A stretch of 64,000 bases of DNA from assembly GCA_964035545.1 (NCBI GenBank), contig OZ037766.1:434001-498000 (forward strand), in the 5' to 3' direction. The translations under genes were made by a program, and so were the position numbers. Source of the DNA: Bugula neritina. Lineage: Eukaryota > Animalia > Bryozoa. The first letter of the stretch is position 1; each line of letters begins with the position of its first letter. Below are positions 11,677 through 36,960 of the stretch, in pieces. The notes below the pieces were generated by a model. The model did not search any database and was not told the DNA's origin. It saw nothing but the letters and a program-made list of their open reading frames with translations.

Positions 11677-13921
11677 TCAAGATGGCGGCTGGTCATGCAG
11701 TCGAAATATATGTATATGTATATCGTCACTACTGTACACAGGATGTTGAAGGATTGTGGGTATCCTCGTCACTCTGAAGTATTTACTAACCTCCTGCAGA
11801 CAAGAGCAAGCAAGATAGAACACAGTCTATGAGATAGTATAGATAATACATAGTCTATGAGATAATATAGATGGAACACAGTCTATGAGATAATATAGAT
11901 AGAATACAGTCTATGAGATAGTATATATAAACGAGATAACTTGAAAAGGTTTAATTTTAATCACAGGGAATACTGAAGCCACTAAGTTACTAGAGTTGTC
12001 TGCCCACAGAAAGCGTGGAGATTTTCTCAACTGAGTGGAATGTCAGCTGATAGGTAAGTAAGTTAGATAGTGGAGTCTCTGTAGTCTCTGTAGACGATAG
12101 TCAACACGTACCTCAAAGAACTGCTTCTGGAGGCGGGGCTTATTGTCAGTGGTTCTGTGTTCATGACAGCATATGATAAGGGTATCTTGGGATGAGACGG
12201 ATACCATGGTTTTCACAAGCGGCTCCAACGACTGGCAGAAAGAGAGGAGTGTAGTGAATACAGGGGGCAGAAAGAGAGGAGTGTAGTGAAGACAGGGGGC
12301 AGAAAGAGAGGAGTGTAGTGAATACAGGGGGCAGAAAGAGAGGAGTGTAGTGAATACAGGGGGCAGAAAGAGAGGAGTGTAGTGAAGACAGGGGGCAGAA
12401 AGAGAGGAGTGTAGTGAATACAGGGGGCAGAAAGAGAGGAGTGTAGTGAATACAGGGGGCAGAAAGAGAGGAGTGTAGTGAATACAGGGGGCAGAAAGAG
12501 AGGAGTGTAGTGAATACAGGGGGCAGAAAGAGAGGAGTGTAGTGAATACATGGGGCAGAAAGAGAGGAGTGTAGTGAATACAGGGAGCAGAGAGACAGGG
12601 GTATAGTGAACACATGGGGCAAAAAAAGAGTGGATTGAATACAGGGTGAGACTAATTAAGCAAGAGGCACCAGAAGTAAAAAGTTGCCAAAGGAAACATT
12701 GTGTGCACAAAATGAAAAGAGAAATGGAACAGATACCAAGCTAAAATCAACAATACATAAAATAATACCTGCTGTATAAGGGCCACATACTCAGACTATA
12801 CTCTGTTACAGTAGCAACAATTTACCAACTCAAAGATCCTAGTCACAAATATTATGCTAATAAAACCTAGAGTATAACACTAATGCTACCCTGGGAAGGG
12901 AAGACAACTTCCAGCTAAACAGAGAATAACTTGGACTAATAAGGAACACTGACAAGGTGGATGTATAAATACCTCCTCATAGTATATGCAGTCTGCTAGC
13001 AAAATCAGACTGGGTTTAGGACAATCAGGAGTGAGGGTGGGGAGAGTGAGGGTGGGGAGAGAGACGCCCCAAACCAGCTCCAATGCGTGACAGACACCTT
13101 GTTTCTGCTGGATGACCTTGACATTGCTGTCTATGTTATGTTTCATCAGGTCTATGAACTCTGGTAGATCTGTTACTGTCACTTGAGCTCTGCAACGTAA
13201 AGTTACTGGCTGTGATAGTAGTACAAACTGAAGACATCATTGGCAGAAGTTGTCTTCTATGAAGATGTGATAGATAGTAGTAGTTCCTACCAATAGCATC
13301 GTAGTAAATTGAAGACAAGACAATACCAAAACTTCCCAAAAAGGCAACCTAAAGACTATTGAGTAAAGATTAAATAGAAAACAAGCAAAATATGATTTAA
13401 CACACTTTTAATAAAAAATAAATAAAATTGCTAGAATAATTAATAAATATACTTATAGCCAGCTAAACACAATGAGGTGCTAGTGTTACATGATACTTCA
13501 TGCTAGACTACAACACTACACTACAACACTACACTACAACACTACACTACACTACAACATCACACACTCACACTATTTAAGAGAAAGTCAAAAGAAACAC
13601 TGAAATCATGTCTCACCCTATCGCTGCCGCAACCAGCCCCACGTAACCAGTGCCAGCGCCAAGTTCCAGCACACTCAGCTTTCCTTCGTTACACGCGCTA
13701 ACTCGCTGGCGCAGACATTGCACTGCTGCCGCTGGGTCATCAAACGTTGACCCCTCGTGAGAAACGCCGGAGAGATGCTCGTAGAACTTAGCTAAGACAA
13801 TGGCAGCGTCCCACACGACACATCCGACATCTCCCACCTCTGACTGGTACACTCTCATCACTCTCCCATCATCTAGCTCTGTCTCCCTCGGATACAGCTT
13901 GTCTGTATCAAACATCTGCAT
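11677..13921 (-). CDS. VCPKMT: Protein-lysine methyltransferase METTL21D / VCP-KMT
   Basis: Four exons (~13921-13617, ~13187-12973, ~12232-12111, 11793-11677): GDVGCVVWDAAIVLAK, VLELGAGTG, VTVTDL, ADCIYYEE|SLEPL, CCHEHRT, YSSDDIHI, stop TGA. GVGCVVWDAA, DCIYY and the C-terminal SxDIHI fit METTL21D. Confidence 0.9.
12235..12620 (-). repeat. 31-bp minisatellite copied from the polypyrimidine tract of a VCPKMT acceptor
   Basis: Sense-strand unit TGTATTCACTACACTCCTCTCTTTCTGCCCCC, about 12 copies. Only the last copy ends TTTCTGCCAG and forms the 3' splice site. Confidence 0.92.
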
Positions 13922-15462
13922 ATTCTCTGTGGCATGTGTCAGCAGGTGCTTTGGAAGGTGTCAGTACAATTCATATTGCTATAACACAAATATCTGAGTA
14001 TAAAAAGCAAGTGCTTCAAAAATGCTGAGGGAATGACACTTTTACTTTACAATATATTATAATATAATATAATAGATCTAAGGATAAAAATGTAAACTAA
14101 TTAACAGTTTAGAATCATATGTAGCTCCCCATATTCAACAGCTTAAACTAAACTAGTAACTTAATTTTAATTGTTTCAAAAAAATACTGGCATATAAATA
14201 AATTTTTCAAGTAATAATTTTTATTACTCATGGAATCATGAAAAGATTTTAGTTAAAGTTCAACTATTTATGATAAAAAAAAATTGATTAAAACTAAAAT
14301 AATATTAAATGTAATTAAATTATTAAGTCTGACAATCATTAGTTATATTCATTAAAAGAATTAAACTTAAAGGCAAATGTTGTCTACATAAAATGTAAGT
14401 CTGAATACAAACTCAAAGAGTATTACAACAGGAAACATTATTAGAAAAATTAGTTGTATTTTTCGAAGAAGGTGAAGCAAGATACTAATTTCAACATATA
14501 TATTCATAGCTTATAACTGTTAGTATTACTTATTAGTATCAGTATGACGACAATTTTACTCTTAGGGCCATACTGATAGTCATAGTGATACAGCATAGTC
14601 AGATAAACTTAAACTTAAAGTCAGTATGAGTATGAGTATATCAATATGACTATCACTATCAGTATAGACATAGTTAATTACTAATAGTTAATATCGATAG
14701 CATAACAATCACCATTACTATTAGTATTTTTATTACTACTAGTACTGTACTAGTATTACTATTACTATTACTATTAGTATTACTATTACTAATAGTATTA
14801 GTATTAGTATAAGTATTACATTTACGGACGTTGGAAGTTGGAGCGAGTCTAATCTAAATCTTATACTATTACTATTAGTAATAGTATTCTATTCAATTTC
14901 ATATTGAAAGTGATATTCATATTTATATTGTAATACTAATACTTACACTAATTTAGTGACTAATTGAATTTAATGTTAAACTTAAACTTAATTATTATTA
15001 TAATATTTTTACTTGCGGTGAAACTCGAATTTTGGATAGTAAACTAAAGTTAAAGTCAAGTTATTTTAAAGATTACAAATATGGTAAACACTCTTTCAAT
15101 CTCAAAGCGAATTTAGAGTTTTTACAAAACTAAATGATTTAGTTTTGCATGTTATTATGTCCGAGTCAGGTTAACTTTGTGTTTGAATCGTCTTGCAAGC
15201 CTAATGTGACCGGAAGCAGCGATAAAGCAAAAGTAGTGGAATCAGTACACTTTACCCAAAACTCTTTAGCTCAGGGATCAGCTAATTTTAACCTCGACGC
15301 CCAGATAACCCCGACTTTGTACACCTATAAAAGATCTTTATTCAGCTCATGAGTTAAATTGTTAGAATTGGGTGTAAATTGTAATCCAATTTAGTGCAGT
15401 TGATTTAACTAAAGTAAAGTAAAACCAAATTCTGCGGTTGAATCTCTAAACATTGTCTACAT

Positions 15463-15806
15463 CAGGGGTGTCCAACCTTTTTAGACCGACGGCCATTGAA
15501 AGAGAATATTTCATGGCTAGGGCCACATAGAAAGCTTGAGCTTGAGCTGGAGGCCACAGCATCAGTACTTTTTAAATTACGTTATTCCAAATTCTCATGA
15601 AACATTACACAATAATGTCCAAATAATTACTGCAGACTGCATGCTTTGTAGCATGTATAGAAATAAGACATTTAAAAGGTGTTTTAATTATCACTCTAAT
15701 TCACGTGTGCATGCGAAAACTAATTGTAGTTTTATGCTTTGGAGGACCACATAAATGTGGGCTGGGGGCCACATTTGGCCCTGGGGCCGCCTGTTGGACA
15801 GCCCTG
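15463..15806. mobile_element. hAT (Buster/Charlie-type) MITE, 344 bp
   Basis: TIRs CAGGGGTGTCCAAC...GTTGGACAGCCCTG and a perfect 8-bp TSD GTCTACAT (15455-15462 and 15807-15814) with central TA. Confidence 0.92.
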
Positions 15807-15859
15807 GTCTACATTGTAACTCAATTTTAACTTTTTAGAGACGAAATAGACTTGGCTTA

Positions 15860-16100
15860 ATGGGCGTGAGAGTATTAGCTTCTTTGTCCAATCAGCTAAG
15901 CATTGCGATTTAAGTTGACGAATTGAGCGCGCCAATAAAAATTGGGCGCGGTAAAAGCACGTGTTAGCGCGCACAAACCTCATCCCAAAAATAATACATA
16001 ATAATATAACAATGCAATAATTGTTTGGCATTTGTTAGTTGAACAACGTGAAATTTTGCAACGTTTATTCCTACTCAAAACACCAGAGCAAGTAGCTGCT
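15860..16100 (+). promoter_or_regulatory. Probable trehalase core promoter/5' UTR, divergent from VCPKMT
   Basis: Local GC/CpG enrichment with CCAAT/ATTGG boxes (~15888, 15932, 15941) and GCGCG motifs upstream of ATG 16101 and a GTAAGT donor at 16114. Confidence 0.5.
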
Positions 16101-27092
<10,992 letters not shown>

Positions 27093-28599
27093 CTCGTCTG
27101 CTCTGTCTCACGTCTGCTTCTCACGTCTGCTACTATATGGTGGATGCCTGAAACTTTATACACACCAAGTGCTAGTATAGCCGATTTTCTTATATCCTCA
27201 AAACGAGGCTCTGTTTACCCAGCTCAGTTTTCTTAGTTGATGAAGTTTTGAAATCTCCCATCTTGTTCTCTATATTTTTATATAATTTATGGTTTTATTC
27301 AGAGTTGTTATGGCCACTGCTCTTAATAATTGATATCACATTACCAAATAATTTTCTCTATTTCAACTTTTCTTATATATTATACTCCTCTACAGTTATA
27401 CTCAAAGTGTACTTATATATGTTATACTCCTCTACAGCTTTACTCAAAGTGTACTTATATATGTTATACTCCTCTACAGCTATACTCAAAGTGTACTTAT
27501 TACCCTTTCAGTCTATTTCAGTCTATTCTATAGCAATCCTAACTTTATTTAGCAGATGAGTAATAAAGTTATTTCCTGAGTCATGTTTTTTCATATTTTA
27601 CTTTACATATAGATGCTATCAATCTATGCTATGTAGGTTCAGTACTTTGTCGGCTCACAGCTCACATGAGCAACAGGAAGTACTTTGGGATTGTCCAATA
27701 AAACTTCTTTTTGTTGGATAAGAAAATCACCAATATACTCAGAGTACTCAGTTGTGCTCTTCTCTACTAGGAAATCCTTCCCATGTACAGATTTAGTAGC
27801 AGCTGTAGACTTTGACCGTATCAACCATGTCACAATTATTATGCAAATGCATGTTATTGTACGAAGTGCTGAATATTTAGATTGACTTGGCGAGCAACCA
27901 GCTAGTAAACTTCCTGTTTTGCTAGAGTATTTCTAGCCCCAGTTCTGAGCCGCTCTCTGGGCACGTACTAAACATGTAGGGCTGCAAGATCATAATAACA
28001 GCTTCTCCCATTCTATACAATACAAGGTGAAGGTGAAGAAACACCTATAATGCTATTATGAGTTGTATATTTGTGACTGAGTTGTGGTTGGTTAAGCCTC
28101 ACAAATAGTAAGAAACGTAATTCGCCATTAGTTATTCTATATCTGTCGCAGTTTAATCTGTCATAGAGATTGCTTCACAGTTTCAAAAGAGCTGCTGTTG
28201 CTAATGGCAATCAAAATGATTGATTATAGGGAAACTTCTTAATCAACAAATTGGGACATTAAAACGTTTTTGCCGATCCTTTATAAGTTACTGCGCTATT
28301 TCGCTATTTCTTTGATGTGTTTTTCAACAGTTTCCAAAATTTTTCGAATATTTTTAATATTTGTAGCTCTCAATTACATCTAAAATTTCTTTCATCAGCT
28401 CCTAAAATCCACAGTTCCTAATTTGGCCTATGATTGAGTATCTTTGAGTTTTAACCATGAGCTAACATTCTGATTCATTAGTAGGAGAGAGCAGATCATA
28501 CAAACAAGCATAATTGCTGAATTAGCACATATTCCTTACACATCCAGTCACTCTCACTCCACCATAAACAAACATACTGTTAGCCCATCCTGGTTCACC

Positions 28600-28866
28600 G
28601 AACCGTGACGTTGTAACAGGATTAGCTTGAACAATAGATATTAAAAGGCCCCAATCGTTACGTCACAATTGTAGTGAAATGAGGTAAAACGAAGTTGATT
28701 TGAAGGGTGATTAAATGGGATAATGCAATGCTTGACGTTCTACTTGGGACTATATAAGGGACAGATCGGCTTTAGTTTAATCAGTTGCAGCAACTAAATA
28801 CAAGAGTTTGGGTATTATACAGCTGGAAGATCTTCTGTCCTTGTCAATCACAACAGAGAGGTAAGT
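28600..28866 (+). promoter_or_regulatory. TATA/Inr promoter and non-coding exon 1 of tyrosine decarboxylase
   Basis: TATATAAG at 28751, Inr TCAGTT at 28781 (about 30 bp spacing), donor GAG|GTAAGT at 28861, acceptor at ~30128 upstream of the ATG, CCAAT at 28651, CRE-like TGACG/TTACGTCA at 28606, 28658 and 28733. Confidence 0.7.
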
Positions 28867-30153
28867 TTAATTGTATTAGATAAAGTTCTGTAACAGTATT
28901 ATATGCTGTTCTTATTTTGACTTGAGCACCTCCTACCATCGTATAATATAGGCTCGGCTAGCTAGTTAGTTTGGAAGATTAGTTTGCCTTGTGCTACTGA
29001 AAGCTCCCTCAGCCAATACATTCTAACAAATTAATTCTCAGCTATTAGAGTTATGATTAATTTGGCTGTTGGATAAAAGATTGACATCAAAAAGTGATGA
29101 AACTGAATAAAATGATTTGGAAGTAAAAATATTTTTATAGGTTTACAATTTGATAACTTTTTACTATAGTATAACAATTTTTTGAAATCAGCTTATTTAT
29201 ACTAACTTTAATACAAAGACCATCTGCAGTACATTTTTCTTATTGGTGTGTCTAGCTACTAATCTTAGCCAAAACAATATTTTAATTTACTTAAAAGTAT
29301 ATTCTATTCCATAGAAAGGTAAACACGCTCAAGAATAACATGAATAGCTGTTGTTTAATAAATTGAACACAGACAAGCTAAATATCTGATGCACATTGTT
29401 CCATAGCTTATCCAATCAGCTTCAGCCTTCCTTACAGTAAAACGAGATGATACAACAAACCGTTTCATCACACTATTCAACAAGTTTGCAATATAAAAAT
29501 TAATTACTAAAATTATAATTAGCCAAGATATTGTATTTGTATTCAAAAGGCACTACAAAGATATAGCTAGCTATATTAACTATTTTTGGTTATCTATCTT
29601 AATTAAAACCTCAATTTACTAAGGGATGTTGATGTCAGGATTTAATGATTGGCTGCCATTTGAAGTGTTAGACGCTGTCAGGGTGTTTGACGGCAGCAAT
29701 CATGTGCCAATAAAATAAACAATTAACTGTCTTACAGCAGCGGCTAGGAGGCAGTGGGCCGAATCAATAGCAGCTTAGTTGAGGGCTTTTATTTTATAAG
29801 CTTTGATAGCTTAGTAGACTTTGATAGCTTAGTAGACCTGGTGTCTCAGGTGGGAAGCAGGGTTTATTTTATTCTCTTACAACTTTACAATGTTAATAAG
29901 TTTTTGTCCTTTAATTTTTTTGCGTAAGATTTTTCGTTAAATAACTTGATTTTATATTTTCTGCTATCAGCATGTTTTGAGCTTTTAATGAATTATCTAT
30001 AACCTGTACATAACAAATATTACTATTTGACATCAACTGAAAGTAAACATATTTACTGGTACTCACTATGTCTAAGCTATGCTGAAATGTTGCATCAAAT
30101 AAAGAAAACAACTTCTTATCTTATTCAGAGTCCGGAAATATCAGTGTAAAATC

Positions 30154-33100
30154 ATGGACGCTGAAGAATTTAGAAAGCATGGCAAAGAAATGATAGACTT
30201 CATTGCTGACCACGTAGAAGGAATCCGGCAGCAACCGATTGTGCCAAATGTGAAGCCAGGTATTGTGACGTGTATATCAGCTATACTGTGTGACAGCCTA
30301 AACCACACGTGACCTTGAACTACTTGTGCATGCATGGTGCATGATGCATGTATTATAATATAATGTTATAAACACAGCTCTATAGTTAATTAGATAATAT
30401 ATAATATGTAACCAAGCTCTAAGTCAGCTAAAATTGTGGATTTATAATAATTATTGCACAAAACTTCTACCAGCTATCTCTCTCCTATAGTGATACCCAT
30501 GCATTGATCATATACAAGAAACACTAAAGTTTCTACAGACTGTACGTCAAAGCCTCATAAAAGCTGATTAGAAAAGCTGTTCTATATTCACTGCCCACTG
30601 CTGGGTAATATCTGTAGCTGTTGCTTGTATTACCAGGGTTCCTCATAACTAAGATGCCTAGTCGGGCACCAAATGAACCCGAGAGTATTGAGAAGATAAC
30701 AAAAGACGTGGAGCAGCTAATCATACCAGGGGTGAGTATTCAGGACATTTAATTTGTTTGTTTGCTGTTTTATTTAGAGCACAGTACAGAATGATGCATG
30801 CAAGGTTGTGTAACTTCTTACTCTAGCATGTTACATTGGTATTGGGTTCGTGTGTTCATATTGTTACCATCGCAACATATTTGTAACTGACAAATCAGTA
30901 TTTCATGTTGCACACTGTTGCATGTTCTACAATTGGGCAATCATTCCTTTCATTCTTATGATCAATAGGGTATAAACAGTGAATTTTTGTGAATTGTTTT
31001 GCTAACTTTTCTTGTGATTTGTAATTCATTAACTTCCAGTTGTAATTGGAATTTTTTTGAGCATGTACTATTTTAATTTGACAAAAGCCTTTGGCTCCTT
31101 AAAACTATTTTAGCCTGCAATCTAAGAGATCTTGACCACCTATTGATTTGTTGTTTTCACTTTGTGGGAAAATTATTCGATGGCTAGCTAGCAATGTTAG
31201 TGCAGTGTGTCATACTTTATTTTTCTAATAATTTTACAATAATATGATGTTACTTTATAGTATTATTTAATATTACTAGCTGTAAATTACATATATAGTC
31301 ATTTACATTATACTATGCTGGACTTATATTATACACCTTTACTCTGTTGATGGTTGATTTGGAGTCGTGCTTTCAATCTGCAAATTTCCATTCTGTCCTA
31401 CAGATGACGAACTGGCAGCACCCTAACTTCCACGCCTACTTCCCTGCTGGAAACTCATACCCCTCAATACTAGGAGAGTTGATGGAGTCAGCACTGGGCT
31501 GTATCGGCTTCTCCTGGGCGGCAGCACCTTCGTGCACCGAGTTAGAGATCGTGGTGATGGACTGGCTGGGTGAGTTAGAGATCATGGTATTATGTGTATT
31601 ATTCCCTAAAAGTTACCTATAGCAAGAAATGTTATAATAACCCTTAACTCTACTGAATCTGTCCTCTTGCAGGGAAAGCCATAGGTTTGCCTGAGGACTT
31701 TCTCCATTGCAGCGGTAAAGGAGGGGGAGTGCTGCAAGGGTCCGCAAGTGAAAGTGTGTTGGTATCAATGCTAGCAGCAAGGCATAAAGCTTTCAAAACT
31801 CATAGACTGAGTTCTTCAACTAGACTCGTGGCTTATTGCTCTACGCTGGTAGGTTCTGAGGCCATGTTATTAAAGTTGTTATGAGACGAGTAATACTTCA
31901 TTAAACATGACTCTGTGTTGTTGAGGATAACTTAACTGTTAGCTGAAAGTGACTTCTGGTTATTTGGAATATGCTTTACATAAACTCAGTGGTTCTTAGT
32001 GCGTTACGGCAGCTATAATAAACCGTGACATGCTGTTGTAGGCTCACTCTTGTGTGGAGAAGGCAGCGTCACTCTGCAACGTCAGACTTCGTCAGCTAGA
32101 GCCGGATGCAGACTTTGGTTTGAGTGGAGAAACTCTTCGACAGGCAATTGAGGTGAGTAATATAATATCACAATATTATATTAACATAATAGAATAATAT
32201 AATAATATAATATTACAACATTATATTAACATAATACAATGCTATAATATAATATTACAACATTATATTAACATAATACAATACTATAATATAATATTAC
32301 AATATTATATTACCATAATACAATACTATAATATAATAATATAATATCATGTTATATAGAGTTGTCTCAACGAATAAGGTTAAATGTAGTATTATTGTAA
32401 GTTATTCAAACACACAACTGAGCAAAAGGGCACTTAGTGTGGAATATGATGCTATTTCTCTTGTTATCTCCTACAGAAAGACGTCCATGACAACCTGATC
32501 CCCTTCTTCGTGTGCGCTACTCTCGGCACGACGTCCATCTGCTCATTTGATAACCTGCCTAGCATCAGTGATGCCTTGTCTTCTCTTAAGGGGACGTCGG
32601 AAACCCCCCTCGACATCTGGCTGCATGTAGACTCAGCCTATGCTGGCAATGCTTTCATCTGTCCTGAATTCCAACACCTGCTCTTAGATGGCATTGAGGT
32701 AAGCGTTACACGTGTTAAGGTTATTATTCTGACTTGCATAGCTTTACAGTAACAAGTTTTTATATAAAAGTAGAAATATTACAAATTTGTTTTTCTTTAT
32801 TGCATGTAGCTCTCAAGCAAAATGAGCACAGGTTTAGAAGCTAGTAAAATATCTTCATTTCTTTTTCATTTAAATTGTATTTCAATTTCAGTAGTTGTAA
32901 ACATTTGCATAAAATTGTAGGAAGTTGACTCGCTAGAATTCAATGCCAACAAGTGGCTACTAACAAACTTTGACTGCGGATGCATGTGGGTGAGAGACCG
33001 TCTTCACTTGGAAAACTGTCTCTCAGTTGATCCTCTCTACCTCAAACATGACCATCAGCATCTAACTGCTGACTTCAGGGTGAGTAGTCCATTAGCCAGA

Positions 33101-35620
33101 CAGCAGCCAGACAACCTTTGTGTTGCTCCCTGTTAACAGAGTCAGTAATTTCTGTTTAGTAAAGTTTAATTGATAGTTGCCAGTTGGTAGTTGCCAGTTG
33201 GTAGTTGCCAGTTGTTAGTTGACAGTTGCTAGTTGTTAGTTGACAGTTGCTAGTTGATAGTTGCCAGTTGCTAATTGTCAGTTATTAGTTGCCAGTTGGC
33301 AGCTGACAGAACTTTGCTAGGTGCTCAAATCATATTGGCTAAAATATGGCAAAACCTGAAAAGTTTTGTACAATTTACTATAAAGTATTATTGCTTTTAA
33401 GTAAATTCTACTTTTAGTATTGTTCAGTATTCTTTTCATACACGTTTATTGACTAACGTAATTGGATAATATACTGTAACGGTACATTTGATTTGTTACA
33501 GAATTGGGGTATACCTTTGAGCAGGAGGTTTCGATCACTGAAACTCTGGTTTGTCATCAGAAGATTTGGGTTGACTGGGTTACAGAAACATATCAGAGAG
33601 GTTAGCAAAACTCTAAATAGAAAATAAGTAGTTTTTCAGACAAAGACATTAGGGTTGTCTTGCCTCTTAGTTTTTGGTTGGGCTTAGAGTTTCCACTGTC
33701 AACAAACATTATAATGTAATAGAAGAGTAGTTAGTAAGTCTATGTTTTGGTTTGCATATGTTGACAATCGTGTTATATATGGTTTATGAGTTGAACAGCA
33801 TTTAAATAATATAAAATATGATTTCATAGCAAGTAAGACTGGCTAAGAAGTTCACTAAGCTGCTGCAGAAGGACACGAGGTTTGAGCAAATTGGGAAGAC
33901 CAGGATGGGCCTCGTCAGCTTTAAACTGAAAGTGAGTAACTCTGAGGCTATCAAATTCTGTACCACTTATGATGTCATTCAACCAACTAAATACTGACTT
34001 CATTATTCAATATGTTTTGTAACTCAACTGTGTTTAAACGAGTGCAATATCGACTCAACGTATAATTACACCCCACGTCATAATTTCACCTTTCCATGTT
34101 CTGATATGTGTGTGCTAAGTGAGTCCAAGCATTCTGAGTCATAGAGATTACGCAGAACTAGTAGAAGTAAAAGAAATGAGTCACCTCTGAGTCATACTTG
34201 TATATACTTACAGGGTGAGAACGAGTCATTGTTAGCTGTGACTCATACTTATATATATACTTACAGGGTGAGAACGAGTTGAGTGAGAGGCTGCTTGGAG
34301 TCATCAACAATTCAGGTCAGCTGTTCATGGTCCCCGCTAAAGTAAAACAGAACTACGTCATCAGGTTTTGCGTCTGCTCAACTTCTACTACCAACTCTGA
34401 CATAGAGCGAGCGTGGAACGTGATTTCCTATCATGCAGGTATGTGCTTCATAAAAGTTCTATGGCGATTTTAAATTGGTAATTTCTTTTAGGGCAAAAGT
34501 TCTAAATACCAACTATAAAAGTAAAAAATTAACAATGTTATTTCTCTAAATCTAAAACTTTTCTTAATGCAATAATGCTTTGAACACAATGTTGATCTCC
34601 TGCCAAATGTAAGACTTTGCTCATTCAACTACACTAATTGCATTGGGTAGACAACTCATAAACAGAGCTAGAATTCAGTGTAGAAATGCCATATTGCATG
34701 ACATTTGTGTTTTCTCTTTTCAAATTTTGAGTTGAATATATTCAACGACGAGCCTCTTTCTAAGTCATGATTTAATACTCTCACTCTCTATTCACAGACC
34801 ATGTGCTGGCAGACGAAATCATTGAGATGACTCTGTGGCCCGGTGAACTTTCACCTGCTGACTTGGCTACTAACAGCTTCCTGTTCCCATGTAAGGATAA
34901 CTCCCGAGGTGATGAACACGAATCTGTTCCAGATCTCATTCGAAGGTAAGTGTTGGTCACTCACCTGAGTGAATACATACTAAAACTAGACCCAGTTATA
35001 TACCTACTAGATATTGTTATCACATAATTAGTAACATTACATAGATTGTAAGGTTATGTACATATATGTTCATATATATTCTTTTATTTGGTCATTTAAC
35101 AACTTGAAAAAAGAAACAATGAAAATTTCAATGACGTGTGTTTCTCTACTTCGTATAATTCTCAGTTTTCAATAATATGGAAGAGATTGTCTATAAGAAA
35201 GTACATATTTTCACCATGTTTATCCGTAAATTGCTATAAAGCTGTTGTATAACACATACTATCATTCTTTTATATCTTCTAAAATGTGGTAAATAGTTTG
35301 ATGAAAACAATACTATTTCAAAATAATAATAATGAAACTATGTTTATACAATTTTCAACACTTGAAAATAGAAGGTTGGGTGTTGCTATGTAATACTAGC
35401 CTATGATTTGTCTTACAGCAGGAGCACTGTTGGGCAACCCTTCAGACGGCCCTTCAGGAGGTACAGCACATCTGAGTTGTCTCACAGACTACTATCCCGC
35501 TCTCTCTCCAGCGCTGCGTGTCTTCAGTCTCTCACACCCACTAGTAATACTCCTCACAAGACCAGTCAGTTGAGACTGGATACTATTCTGAATGCATTGA
35601 AGAAGGAAAGACCTTTTTAA
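30154..35620 (+). CDS. Tdc: Tyrosine decarboxylase-like group II PLP-dependent aromatic amino acid decarboxylase
   Basis: About 12 exons: [76 protein letters not shown] (PLP lysine preceded by N, as in TDC rather than DDC NPHK or HDC NPSK), [24 protein letters not shown], plus a C-terminal extension. Confidence 0.88.
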
Positions 35621-36960
35621 CAAATAATCCGAATTGTATTAATTAATATCCCACAGCCTCAACTGATATTAAGAGTTATCATGGTAGTATTTTGGTCAGT
35701 AATAGACTTGAATCTACCATACTATGATATGTTGTACTTCTTTGATATTGTCATACTTTTGAGCCAGTATATTTATATATATATATAACTTTTAGTCAAT
35801 AATTTCTTCTATTTTTATATTTGTTGAATATTATTTGTAATTGACTTAATTATTAGGTAGTGTTTAGCATGGTAGTTAGTAAACAGTAGCTGTCAATAAA
35901 ATACTTCAGTTTGATGCCTGCCTTCCATTGGCTGATAGTATTTATATATGTTTTTATTTAGTTGTGATAAGATGGTTGTAACTTCTCTAGTTTTATTGTG
36001 CCAAGTTCTTTCAGGTTAGACATCACGTTGTTGAATTGTATTATTTATTTGAATAAATCAATGTTTTGTAATATCTGCATAAATTTAACTAGTATATTAT
36101 ATTCTTTTGATAGAATTACTATAATAGAGTAAGTTTGAGGTATAAAAATATCATTAAATGTTACTTAAATACTAAAAAAGAAAAAGTTGCCTATAAAAAT
36201 AATTTAATATTTAATGACGTTAAAAATATAACCAAAATTAAAATTGGTTCATTAAAAAATACTATACAATAAGCATCTTTCATAAACAAACATCTGTATA
36301 AAAAGCAAGCTGAAAAGTAAACATGGTCTCCATTGCAATGACTGCAGTAGGCTACGTAGTAGTAACTAGTAACTCAATAAGATGAATAGACTGGAATCTG
36401 TTGAACTAAGAGATGCGAGTAAATCAAATTGTTTTATATTTTTCTAACAATCCTATTGGCTTATAAACTGGTGGCTAATAGTTAAACTGGTTCCTTCTTG
36501 TAGTTCAACTGAGTTTTAATTATTCTTTAAAGGAATGAGTGTTCAAGCATTCACTCAGTTGAGACAGCAATTCCTAATTGTAATAATATTTTGTGCAATG
36601 ATGCTGACATTTTTTTAGAGAAATGGAAAGTATTTTTAGTTTTTTTGCAATCAACTTTTTTAAGTTTTTACTCTTCAATTCACTTAAAGTAATAAACTGT
36701 ATAAATTACTACAATATGCACTGACTATGCAAGTGTTCCATATAATAGTAATAGTTGCTATATAAACAGTCATATAGAGTATATGGGTGTGTGAGTTATG
36801 ACTTTTATTTGAATACGTACATTATCATATCTGAGGTGTATGGGGAGATAGGTAGACAAACACATGGATGTGTACTGCAATGATACGGTGAGAAAACACA
36901 GATGGCATCTTGTACAAACATGTCTTGCTGTGTTTTACTCATCAAACTATTTCTGACAAC

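Noticed and set aside
14490-15000. TAG/TAA/ACT-rich low-complexity tracts flanking promoters (also 50560-50900, 52030-52740)
   Set aside because: No discrete unit or element boundaries; treated as compositional first-intron sequence.
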